Origin: an uncultured Gammaproteobacteria bacterium
Lineage (GTDB): Bacteria > Patescibacteriota > Patescibacteriia > JACRDY01
DNA length: 33,634 bases
NCBI GenBank assembly: GCA_964364745.1
Contig: CAYINJ010000004.1
Span: 1 to 33,634 of the forward strand
Direction: 5' to 3'
Positions 9,365-17,096 of the stretch are shown here, one piece after another. A program made the position numbers and the translations under genes. Under the pieces are notes generated by a model. That model was not told the origin of the DNA. It saw only the letters and a program-made list of their open reading frames with translations, and searched no databases. The first letter of the stretch is position 1; every line of letters begins with the position of its first letter.

Positions 9365-9591
9365 ACAGCTCAACCGCGGGCGGTAAAGGTCCTTTCTGGC
9401 GATTAATTTGGCTAAAACTTGCCAAATTGATTCTCCCAAAAAAGGGAAAACCGTGGGAATTGCCGAGAAATGTAAACTTCAACGCGGTCAGTGTAGCTGA
9501 TGGCTGGGGAAAAATCAAGTCGAGGCAGCCGAAACAGCGCGGTGCTGTACAGACCGGGCGGCTTTCGTTAGAATGTGGGTATTCTATTGTT

Positions 9592-10806
9592 ATGCGCTAT
9601 TTTGCGATCTTAGGAAATAATTGGCAACTGTCCGCCGCCGAGCTGGACAGTGTCTTACCGCGTTATCATGGCCGGCTGATCAGCACCGCCGCCGCCGCGG
9701 CCTTGTTTGAGGCCGCGGATGATTTAGATGTTGAACGATTAATAATGGGGTTGGGCGGGACAATTAAACTGGGTCGCGTCTTAACCAACATTCCGACCAA
9801 CAAACTCACCGTCGAGCACTTGGCTAATTTAGCCAAACCGAAAAGTAGTAGTAAGTTTCATTTCGGCCTGTCGGTTTATGCCTTGTCCGGCGCGGCCCCG
9901 AAGCAGTGGACGAAGTTCGGTGGCGAGCTCAAACGCCATTGGCAAGCGATGGGCAAAAGCGTCCGCCACGTCACGTCGCGAGATCCGGTTTTGTCTTCGG
10001 TCACCATTGCTAAAAATCGCTTGCTGAAAAATGGCTTAGAATATTGTTTGTTAGTTGATGGGGCTACGGTTTACGTCGGCCAAACCACGGCCGTGCAGCA
10101 CGTCGGCGAATACGCGCGACGCGACACTGATCGACCCGGCCGAAACGCGGTCCGGGGGATGTTGCCGCCAAAAGTCGCGCAAATGATGCTTAATTTCGCG
10201 GCGGTCACGACCGAAGCCACCATTCTTGACCCTTTCTGCGGCAGTGGGACGATCGTGCAAGAAGCGCTCTTGCGCGGCCAGACGACCGTGATCGGAACGG
10301 ACAACACGCGGCGAGCGATCGCTGACGCCACCAAAAACTTAGCCGCGTTGGCCCAGCAGCATGCCGACTTAACCACGCCCAAACTACTAGTCGCGGACGC
10401 TCGCCAACTCTCGACCATTCTGCCGCCCAAAAGTGTTGATGCCGTTGTGACGGAGCCACTGCTTGGTCCGCCGCTGAAAGGGGTCGAGTCGCCCAAAGAA
10501 ATTATTGTTATCACTCAAGCACTGTCCACGCTCTATCGCGCCGCGCTGGCCAACTGGACTAAGATTTTAAAATCCGGCGCGAAGGTCGTAATTATTTTCC
10601 CGATCATTGCCGGTCGACCATCGATGACGGCACGGGATCTGAAACGGCTTGGGCAATTGGGCTACACGCCGGCCTGGTCGATTACGGCGCAGACCGCCGG
10701 GCTGCTTTCACCTCGCCAGTCGTTGGTCTATCAGCGGCCCGGTCAACGCGTGACGCGGGAAATTTTTGTCTGGCAGTATAAATCGGTCATGAAAAGCAAG
10801 CAATAA
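9592..10806 (+). CDS. Class I SAM-dependent methyltransferase (UPF0020 / Trm11-RlmL-like catalytic domain)
   Basis: The product has a SAM motif I ([10 protein letters not shown]) and motif IV-like [11 protein letters not shown] place the start at [10 protein letters not shown] (ATG 9592) rather than the TTG at 9427. Confidence 0.75.
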   Translation: MRYFAILGNNWQLSAAELDSVLPRYHGRLISTAAAAALFEAADDLDVERLIMGLGGTIKLGRVLTNIPTNKLTVEHLANLAKPKSSSKFHFGLSVYALSGAAPKQWTKFGGELKRHWQAMGKSVRHVTSRDPVLSSVTIAKNRLLKNGLEYCLLVDGATVYVGQTTAVQHVGEYARRDTDRPGRNAVRGMLPPKVAQMMLNFAAVTTEATILDPFCGSGTIVQEALLRGQTTVIGTDNTRRAIADATKNLAALAQQHADLTTPKLLVADARQLSTILPPKSVDAVVTEPLLGPPLKGVESPKEIIVITQALSTLYRAALANWTKILKSGAKVVIIFPIIAGRPSMTARDLKRLGQLGYTPAWSITAQTAGLLSPRQSLVYQRPGQRVTREIFVWQYKSVMKSKQ

Positions 10807-10864
10807 CTTGAAAAACCGCTCGCTTCATGGTACCGTCAGAGTACGTAATTCATTTGTTATCGCT

Positions 10865-11449
10865 ATGTCCTACCTGATCCCGATGGTGGTGGAGAAGTCG
10901 CAATTTGGCGAGCGGGCTTATGATATCTACTCCCGCCTGTTGAAAGACCGGATTATTTTTCTCGGCTCACCGATCGATGATGCGGTGGCTAACACCATTA
11001 TTGCCCAGTTGTTGTTTTTGGAATCAGAAGACAGCAAAAAATCAATTAAACTCTACATCAATTCACCCGGTGGCGCGGTCACGGCTGGCATGGCGATCTA
11101 TGACACCATGCAGTATGTGAAGTGTGATGTGGCGACCTGCTGCGTTGGACTGGCGGCCTCCATGGGCGCCACCCTCTTAGCCGCCGGCGCTCCCGGCCAC
11201 CGGTTTGCGTTGCCGAATGCCGAGATCATGATTCATCAGGTCATGGGCGGCGCCGAGGGTCAGGCGGCCGACATCAAGATCCGAGCCGAGCGCATTTTGA
11301 AGATCCGCGACAATCTCGATAAAATCTTGGCCAAACACACCGGCCAGCCATTAGCGCGGATTCAGAAAGATACCGACCGCGATTACTTCATGACCGCTGA
11401 TGAGGCCAAGAAATATGGTTTGATTGATAAGGTGATTAATGGGAAGTAA
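10865..11449 (+). CDS. clpP: ATP-dependent Clp protease proteolytic subunit
   Basis: The Ser-His-Asp contexts [13 protein letters not shown] and DTDRD are present. I place the start at ATG 10865 ([10 protein letters not shown]). Confidence 0.96.
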   Translation: MSYLIPMVVEKSQFGERAYDIYSRLLKDRIIFLGSPIDDAVANTIIAQLLFLESEDSKKSIKLYINSPGGAVTAGMAIYDTMQYVKCDVATCCVGLAASMGATLLAAGAPGHRFALPNAEIMIHQVMGGAEGQAADIKIRAERILKIRDNLDKILAKHTGQPLARIQKDTDRDYFMTADEAKKYGLIDKVINGK

Positions 11450-11463
11450 GATCTAGCTAATAC

Positions 11464-11496
11464 AAAATCCTCCCGTTTTTGGCGAGAGGATTTTTG
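11464..11496. terminator. Bidirectional terminator between clpP (+) and hup (-)
   Basis: The hairpin aaaatcctc...gaggatttt has flanking A and T runs. Confidence 0.75.
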
Positions 11497-11505
11497 ATAA
11501 TCAAA

Positions 11506-11853
11506 CTAAACAGTCGGCGTGGCCGGTGGCGGGGGAGGCGGCGCGGCGGCTGGCCCCGCCACCGGCGGGGCTGGCTGCGAGGCCTTCAGCGTTTCTTTCA
11601 GAACTTTGCCGGCTTTAAACTTGGCCACCTTCACCGGTGGAATAGTAATGTTTGACTTGGTGCGCGGATTGATCCCTTCGCGGCCTTTGCGGACGCGGGC
11701 CGAAAAAGTGCCAAAACCAGTCAACGTGACTTCACCGCCGGCCTTGATCGTGTCCATGATGATGGCCAAGAGGCCATCAATTACGTCCTCGGCCTGTTTT
11801 TTGGTCACTTGGGCTTTGCCCGCGACGGTCTCGATAAGCGTGGCTTTGTTCAT
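11506..11853 (-). CDS. hup: HU-family DNA-binding protein with a Pro/Ala-rich C-terminal tail
   Basis: The N-terminal ~90 aa form an HU fold (MNKATLIE...GFGTFS...R.GRNP.T). The tail reads PAPPVAGPAAAPPPPPPATPTV. Confidence 0.9.
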   Translation of the reverse strand: MNKATLIETVAGKAQVTKKQAEDVIDGLLAIIMDTIKAGGEVTLTGFGTFSARVRKGREGINPRTKSNITIPPVKVAKFKAGKVLKETLKASQPAPPVAGPAAAPPPPPPATPTV

Positions 11854-11893
11854 ATGCCAGCCAATTGAGGAGTAGGTAAGTACGTTAAGTATA

Positions 11894-12727
11894 CTATACC
11901 ACCACCACGGTGTCTAATCGCTCAATGGTCACGGCGCGACCGGTGGTCGGGTCAATCGACAACAAAACCGCGTTGATTTGGGCCGGGCCGGACTCGGGAA
12001 TATCATGGTCGCCAAGTCCCGTGCCGGCCAAATAGGCGGCCACGATCGGTTCAGGCGCTAATCCTAGGATGGAATGATGAGCGCCGACCAAGCCGACATC
12101 GGTGACGTAGGCCGTGCCATGAGGCAGGAGCTCGGCGTCAGCCGTGGGGATGTGGGTATGCGAACCGGTGACGGCCGAGACGCGCCCGTCGACATGGAAA
12201 CCAAAAGCCCGTTTTTCCGAACTGGCCTCGCCGTGAAAATCCACGGTGATCATTTTAATGTCGGGATGACGAGCGAGGATTTCATCAATCGTCGAAAAGG
12301 CGTTATCAACCGGACTGGTGACGTGATGTTTCATGAACAAGTCACCGACGACATTAGTGACCAAGAGGGGGCCCTTAGCCGTGGGGATGACGCGCTCGCC
12401 TAAGCCCGACACATCAAGACCGGAGTAATTAGCCGGCCGGACGAGGAGCTCATTGGTCGACAAGAGCAGTTGACCTTCCGGCTTGCGGAAAGTGTGATTG
12501 CCGCCAGTGCCGACATCGACGCCGGCGGTTTTTAATTCTTCCCAGGTGCCGGCGGTCATACTCGAACCATGCGCCAAGTTTTCGACGTTGGCGATCACTA
12601 AATCAACGTGATGCTGGCGGCGCCAGACGGGCAGAACTTGCTGTAGCGCCCGCCGACCGATTTTACCGAAGACATCGCCTAAGATTAAGACGACGAGCGG
12701 GGATGGTTTTTTGGAGAAGATACTCAT
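11894..12727 (-). CDS. ymdB: YmdB-family metallophosphoesterase (2',3'-cyclic-nucleotide phosphodiesterase-like)
   Basis: The product has LGDVFGK and ANVEN..HG motifs. It lies directly downstream of rny, as in Bacillus (recalled synteny). Confidence 0.85.
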   Translation of the reverse strand: MSIFSKKPSPLVVLILGDVFGKIGRRALQQVLPVWRRQHHVDLVIANVENLAHGSSMTAGTWEELKTAGVDVGTGGNHTFRKPEGQLLLSTNELLVRPANYSGLDVSGLGERVIPTAKGPLLVTNVVGDLFMKHHVTSPVDNAFSTIDEILARHPDIKMITVDFHGEASSEKRAFGFHVDGRVSAVTGSHTHIPTADAELLPHGTAYVTDVGLVGAHHSILGLAPEPIVAAYLAGTGLGDHDIPESGPAQINAVLLSIDPTTGRAVTIERLDTVVVV

Positions 12728-12728
12728 A

Positions 12729-12810
12729 GTGGGATATTCCCTGGGATTGCCTGCCTGCCGGCAGGCAGGCTCCCCCAGCCGCAGGGCCCTGCGGCTGGGT
12801 CGCCAATGAC
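12729..12810. repeat. Right-half copy of the palindromic repeat family, in the rny-ymdB spacer
   Basis: Positions 12729-12771 match 15910-15953 with one 1-nt indel. The copy contains a perfect 22-nt palindrome (gcctgcctgccggcaggcaggc, 12749-12770) and a perfect 26-nt palindrome (12774-12799). It ends in the degenerate terminus cgccaatgac. Confidence 0.85.
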
Positions 12811-12817
12811 GATAGTA

Positions 12818-14347
12818 TTAGCGGGCGTACTCGATCACCCGCTTTTCGCGGATGACCGTGACTTTAATTTCGCCAGGATACTTCAATTCGTCTTCAATTT
12901 TCTTGGCGATGTCTCGCGCGGTTTGAGCGGCGTGGAAGTCATCCAGCTGATCGGCCGAGACGAACACCCGCACCTCCCGGCCGGCCTGAATGGCGTAGGA
13001 TTTTTCCACGCCGGGGAAACTAGTGGTGATTTTCTCCAGTTCATCGAGTCGCTTGAGGTAATTTTCGTAACTGTCCTTCCGCGCGCCGGGTCGCGCGCCG
13101 GAAATCGCGTCGGCCACTTTGACAATACAGGCCTCCAGCGTCGGTGGCTTATCTTCGTGGTGGGTCAGAATCGGTGCAATTACTTCTTCGGTCAGGCCAA
13201 ACTTGCGACCGATACTGGCGCCAATTTCGGGGTGCGTCCCTTGGACTTCATGGTCGACGGCTTTACCGATGTCATGGAGTAAACCACCCTTTTTGGCGAT
13301 GACCACGTCCGCGCCGAGCTGTTGAGCCAGCAGGGCCGAGAGGTGGGCGACCTCAATCGAGTGATACAAAATGTTTTGGCCATAGCTAGTGCGATACTTC
13401 AGCCGGCCGATAATTTGGACTAACTTCGGATCAAAGCCGGTGATGCCTAGTTCGTAGAGGGCTTCTTCGCCGGACTTTTTGATGTCTAAGGCAATCGTCT
13501 TCTTGGCTTCTTCGACCGCCTCTTCGATCCGCGCCGGATGAATCCGCCCGTCCGAGATTAATTTTTCTAAGGCCAACTTGGCAATGTGACGGCGAATCGG
13601 CGAAAAGCCGGAGACGGTAATGGCCTGCGGCGTGTCATCAACGATAATTTCCGTGCCGGTCATTTGTTCAATCACGCGGATGTTGCGCCCTTCCCGGCCG
13701 ATGATCCGTCCCTTCATTTCATCGGAGGGTAGATGGATGGTGGTGGTGGTCATCTCCACGGCTTGCGAGCCGGCACAGCGCTGAATGGCCAACGACACCA
13801 TGTCGCGAGCTTGGCGCTCGATTTCTTCGGCTTCGGTGGCTTGCAGTTTATGAATCCGGGAGGCCAGTGCTTCCTGGCTTTGGGCTTCGACGTTACGCAA
13901 CAACACCTCGCGCGCCTCGGCCGTGGACAGGGCGGCGATTTTTTCGAGCTTAGCCATTTGTTCATCCCGAATGGTCGAGAGCTTCTTCTTGGCCTCGTCG
14001 AGCTGTTGGGACTTACTTTGGAGTTCTTCTTGCTTGGACTCCAGTTCAAGTAGCTTTTGGTCAAACTTGTTTTCGCGATCTTCCAGGCGCTGTTGGGCGG
14101 CCTGGATATCTTTGCGGCGCTGTTGTTCTTCGCGTTTCGCCTCTTCGATGACCGCGAGCGATTTTTCGTTAGCGGCAATTAATTTTTCTTGGGCCTTATT
14201 CTTGGCTTCGGTCAAAATCTTTTCGACCTTGGCGGTGGCCGATTCAATCTTCCGACTCGACATGGCGCGGTGGATCAGAATGCCGGCACCAAGACCAATG
14301 ATGGCCGTGCCGATCGCCACCATTAACGAAATAAAAGTGAACGACAT
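12818..14347 (-). CDS. rny: Ribonuclease Y
   Basis: The 509-aa product has an N-terminal TM helix, a long coiled coil, a KH domain (GRIIGREGRNIR) and an HD domain (LLHDIGKA). Confidence 0.95.
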   Translation of the reverse strand: MSFTFISLMVAIGTAIIGLGAGILIHRAMSSRKIESATAKVEKILTEAKNKAQEKLIAANEKSLAVIEEAKREEQQRRKDIQAAQQRLEDRENKFDQKLLELESKQEELQSKSQQLDEAKKKLSTIRDEQMAKLEKIAALSTAEAREVLLRNVEAQSQEALASRIHKLQATEAEEIERQARDMVSLAIQRCAGSQAVEMTTTTIHLPSDEMKGRIIGREGRNIRVIEQMTGTEIIVDDTPQAITVSGFSPIRRHIAKLALEKLISDGRIHPARIEEAVEEAKKTIALDIKKSGEEALYELGITGFDPKLVQIIGRLKYRTSYGQNILYHSIEVAHLSALLAQQLGADVVIAKKGGLLHDIGKAVDHEVQGTHPEIGASIGRKFGLTEEVIAPILTHHEDKPPTLEACIVKVADAISGARPGARKDSYENYLKRLDELEKITTSFPGVEKSYAIQAGREVRVFVSADQLDDFHAAQTARDIAKKIEDELKYPGEIKVTVIREKRVIEYAR

Positions 14348-14399
14348 AGGGTGGATACCCGGTCGATCGTGGACCGCAGGGCGGTGACTAGAGTATGCG

Positions 14400-14426
14400 A
14401 AAAATCAATCGCTAGATTAGCGATTG
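14400..14426 (-). terminator. Terminator-like hairpin inside the rny upstream leader
   Basis: On the minus strand, caatcgcta-atc-tagcgattg is followed by ATTTTT. It lies about 55 nt upstream of the rny ATG. Confidence 0.4.
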
Positions 14427-14606
14427 CCGGAGCGTGTCATGAAAGAGACAGGGGTCAAAGTCATGGGAATTAAGGTAAGGCGGCGGCTTGAAGTCAGGCA
14501 GAACTAACGGGGTTTCAAGGCCGGCCACCGACACACCGGATCACTCGCACATCAGTCCGCGCTACCGCCAAAAATCAATCGGGACGGTTATGAGTGAAGT
14601 AATCCG

Positions 14607-14635
14607 AGGATACCACGAATTGGTCTAGATTGCAA
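14607..14635 (-). promoter_or_regulatory. Candidate sigma70-type promoter for rny (TTGCAA-17-TATCCT)
   Basis: It shares the palindromic -35 hexamer TTGCAA (14630-14635) with the divergent folD promoter. Confidence 0.4.
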
Positions 14636-14657
14636 TACTGGCAAAATGTGCTATAGT
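14630..14657 (+). promoter_or_regulatory. folD promoter (TTGCAA-16-TGcTATAGT)
   Basis: Good -35 and extended -10 boxes are present. The ATG lies 11 nt after the -10, so the leader is very short. Confidence 0.6.
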
Positions 14658-14668
14658 TTGGCTGTTTT

Positions 14669-15514
14669 ATGCCTACTCCCGCCACCATTATCGTCGATGG
14701 CAAGGTCCTCGCCCAGGAGCGACTGGTTAAGTTGGCCGCCGCCATCCAAACACTATCCCGGCCGCCGCGGTTGGTGGTGGTGTTAGTGGGTGATGATCCG
14801 GCGTCCGTCAAGTATGTCGAACGCAAGCGCCAGACCGGCGCCAGTGTGGGCATTGTCGTCTTGGTCCACCATCTGCCCCAGTCGACCACGACGGCCGAAG
14901 CGCAGGCCGTGATTGCAAAAATTATCCAGACCGACGCAGTCGATGGTTTGATTGTCCAGCTTCCCCTGCCCGAGCATATCGACACTGTCGCGGTGCTGAA
15001 CAGCGTGCCCGCGGCCGTCGATGTTGATTGTCTGACTGCCACCAATTGGTACGCGCTGGAACAGGGTAATCCGCTGTTTATCCCACCCGTGGCCGGCGCC
15101 GTCTTAGATATTTTTGATTATTATCGAATTGAACTGACTGGCATGGAGGTCGTCTTAGTGGGCTATGGCCGACTGGTTGGCCAGCCGCTCAGTTTGCTGT
15201 TGCGCCAGCGGCCGGTGCACGTCAGCGTTTGTACGGCCGGCTCCGCTGATTTGGCGCAGGTCTTGCCGACGGCTGACGTGATTATCAGCGGCGTGGGCCA
15301 GCCCGGGCTAATTACTGGCGAACTGGTCAAAGCCGGCGCAATCGTGATTGACGTCGGATCGTCGTTGGTGAATGGCAAGCTGAAAGGCGACGTCGATTTT
15401 GATTCCGTCGCGCCGAAAGCGCGGTTGATTACGCCCACGCCCGGTGGTGTCGGGCCGTTGACGGTCGTGCGATTGCTGGAAAATGTCGTCCAAGCGGCGC
15501 AGAATAAAGTATAA
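14669..15514 (+). CDS. folD: Bifunctional methylenetetrahydrofolate dehydrogenase / methenyl-THF cyclohydrolase
   Basis: The 281-aa product shows VGDDPAS..YV..K, LPLP, GRL.VGQP and TPTPGGVGPLT blocks. Confidence 0.95.
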   Translation: MPTPATIIVDGKVLAQERLVKLAAAIQTLSRPPRLVVVLVGDDPASVKYVERKRQTGASVGIVVLVHHLPQSTTTAEAQAVIAKIIQTDAVDGLIVQLPLPEHIDTVAVLNSVPAAVDVDCLTATNWYALEQGNPLFIPPVAGAVLDIFDYYRIELTGMEVVLVGYGRLVGQPLSLLLRQRPVHVSVCTAGSADLAQVLPTADVIISGVGQPGLITGELVKAGAIVIDVGSSLVNGKLKGDVDFDSVAPKARLITPTPGGVGPLTVVRLLENVVQAAQNKV

Positions 15515-15529
15515 AGTAGGATAGAAGAG

Positions 15530-15556
15530 AAAAGGGCGCCGCCGCCTTTTTTGTTT
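15530..15556 (+). terminator. Terminator after folD
   Basis: The hairpin aaaagggcg..cgccttttt has a T-run. Confidence 0.5.
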
Positions 15557-15577
15557 GGCGTTGTGTCTGTTGCGCTC

Positions 15578-15736
15578 GTCATTGCGAAACCGTTCTTACT
15601 CTCGCTCTCGACATTGCGAGGAGGGCCGACGCTTTGGTCGGCCCGACGCGGCAATCCCGGGTTGAGCACGTCAACCGGGCACTGGGATATGCGCCGGGAT
15701 TGCTTCGTCGCTCGCGGACTCACTTCTCGCAATGAC
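15578..15736. repeat. Palindromic repeat element A (duplicated left end)
   Basis: Outer inverted repeat: gtcattgcga / acattgcgag ... ctcgcaatgac. Inner inverted repeat: gcaatcccgg (15651-15660) / ccgggattgc (15694-15703). Confidence 0.85.
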
Positions 15737-15765
15737 GATGTAGCGTCTGCTCTCACTCTCCGCCT

Positions 15766-15809
15766 GTCATCCTGAGGAGCGAGTCGGCGAGCGACGAATC
15801 AATCCCAGG
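15766..15809. repeat. Left-half element B (GTCATCCTGAGG variant)
   Basis: The sequence gtcatcctgagg...caatcccagg has no matching right half. Confidence 0.6.
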
Positions 15810-15849
15810 ACGAGCACGTTGGCCATGTCTTTGTTCGTCCTCTCCGTAT

Positions 15850-15990
15850 GTCATTGCGAGCCCCGTCTGTGGGGCGTGGCAACCCAGAGCTCGACGAACA
15901 AGACGTGAAGTGGGATATTACCCTGGGATTGCCTGCCTGCCGGCAGGCAGGCTTCGTCCCCCTCACTTCGTTCGGGGTCCTCGCAATGAC
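15850..15990. repeat. Palindromic repeat element C
   Basis: The termini are gtcattgcgag ... ctcgcaatgac. It carries the 22-nt perfect palindrome at 15931-15952 and shares a 43/44-nt block with 12729-12771. Confidence 0.9.
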
Positions 15991-16044
15991 AAACATAAAG
16001 CAAAGCTACTTCTCAATGCCGTGGTTTTTCCGCCTCCTCCCCGC

Positions 16045-16162
16045 TTGTCATCCCGAGCGAAGCGAGGGATCTGGGTGACTACCCACGAAGATCCTGTTTG
16101 TTCCTCTTCAAACCATTCCCACGTAGATCCCTCCTCCCGCCAAGCGGGACTCGGGATGACAA
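16045..16162. repeat. Palindromic repeat element D (GTCATCCCGAG variant)
   Basis: Perfect 13-bp terminal inverted repeat: ttgtcatcccgag / ctcgggatgacaa. Inner inverted repeat: gagggatct / agatccctc. Confidence 0.85.
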
Positions 16163-16191
16163 ACGGGGAGGGTAGTGGAATGGGATGGGTC

Positions 16192-16255
16192 GTGGGGATA
16201 TAACCTGGGATTGCTTTCCTTCGCTTCGCTCAGGACAGGCTATCCTCGCAATGAC
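16192..16255. repeat. Right-half element E
   Basis: The sequence gtggggatataacctgggattgc...ctcgcaatgac parallels the right halves of element C and of 12729-12810. Confidence 0.75.
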
Positions 16256-16315
16256 GAGAAGAACGTTGTCGCATCAGGACTAATAGTCACTTGGCGGCGG
16301 GGCCTTTTTGATTAT

Positions 16316-16975
16316 TTAAAAAGTGTATCCCTGCCAATTCTCCGCCATTAATTTATCCAACCCCACTGCATCGGCCAGCTGATACTTACCAATCGCCGTG
16401 CGCTGGAGGGCTTCAACATACGCGCCGACCCCCAAGTTCGCACCGAGATCATGGCCTAACGTGCGGATGTAGGTCCCCGACGAACACTCTACCGTGATGG
16501 TTAAGCGCGGCCAAGTATAATCAAGCATGGCAATTTTTTTAATCTCAATTTCCGCCGGTTGACGCTTGACGGTTTTGCCTTGGCGGGCTAATTCATATAA
16601 TTTTTTACCTTGGATTTTTTTGGCGGAATACATCGGCGGGGTTTGGAGTTGCTGGCCCTGGAACTTGGTCACGGCCGCCGCGACCGCTGCGGGACTGAGC
16701 GGAGTGACGACCGGTGTCGGCGTGATCCGGCCGGTGACATCCTGGGTGTCACTGGTCGCGCCAAACACCAGCGTGGCCGTATATGATTTATTCAATTTTA
16801 AAAATTGATTGAGCTGCTTGGTTGATTCTCGTCCCACGCCGACAATTAACAACCCCGTGGCGAAGGGGTCGAGCGTACCGGCGTGGCCAATCCGCCGCTG
16901 GCCGGTAATCAGGCGCAGGCGGTCAATGACGTCATGTGAAGTGATGCCGGCTGGTTTGTTGATTAAGAGAAACAT
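16316..16975 (-). CDS. truB: tRNA pseudouridine(55) synthase
   Basis: The product has KPAGITSHDV and the catalytic GHAGTLDPFATG motif. I place the start at ATG 16975 (MFLLINKP). The longer track ORF to 17206 is an unconserved extension. Confidence 0.92.
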   Translation of the reverse strand: MFLLINKPAGITSHDVIDRLRLITGQRRIGHAGTLDPFATGLLIVGVGRESTKQLNQFLKLNKSYTATLVFGATSDTQDVTGRITPTPVVTPLSPAAVAAAVTKFQGQQLQTPPMYSAKKIQGKKLYELARQGKTVKRQPAEIEIKKIAMLDYTWPRLTITVECSSGTYIRTLGHDLGANLGVGAYVEALQRTAIGKYQLADAVGLDKLMAENWQGYTF

Positions 16976-17026
16976 ATTAACCAGAGCATGCCAAAAAAGT
17001 GGTGATCTGTCTATGGCGATGCTTGA

Positions 17027-17054
17027 TTGACGGCTAGAGTAGACGTGGTAGGAT
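17027..17054 (+). promoter_or_regulatory. Candidate promoter TTGACG-16-TAGGAT for the purF-like gene
   Basis: The hexamers and spacing fit. An SD (GGGGGTG) lies just upstream of ATG 17097. Confidence 0.45.
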
Positions 17055-17096
17055 GCCGGTGCAGACAGTTCTTTTCTCAACCAACGGGGGGTGACT

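Noticed and set aside
9368-9590. SRP RNA, 6S RNA, RNase P RNA or tmRNA in the long spacers 9368-9590 and 14426-14600. Some short strings resemble 4.5S motifs (gtgtagctg, ggcagcc).
   Set aside because: The motifs are in the wrong order. There is no GNAR-capped domain IV with the conserved asymmetric loops, no RNase P P4 (GAGGAAAGUCC) and no tmRNA tRNA-like ends. I cannot support any specific family by eye.
15551-16203. ORF-track reading frames in the folD-truB spacer (15551-15775 +, 15799-15996 -, 15848-16078 +, 15910-16203 +, and the tail of 15163-15756 -).
   Set aside because: They are translations of the palindromic repeats. The characteristic peptides (VIAK.., LPACRQAG, PRNDK) recur wherever the repeat occurs. 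There are no start signals and no family resemblance.
15578-16255. Possible CRISPR array, because of clustered repeats.
   Set aside because: The repeats are long nested palindromes of variable type, in both full and half forms, with irregular spacing. They are not short direct repeats separated by unique spacers, and no cas genes are present.
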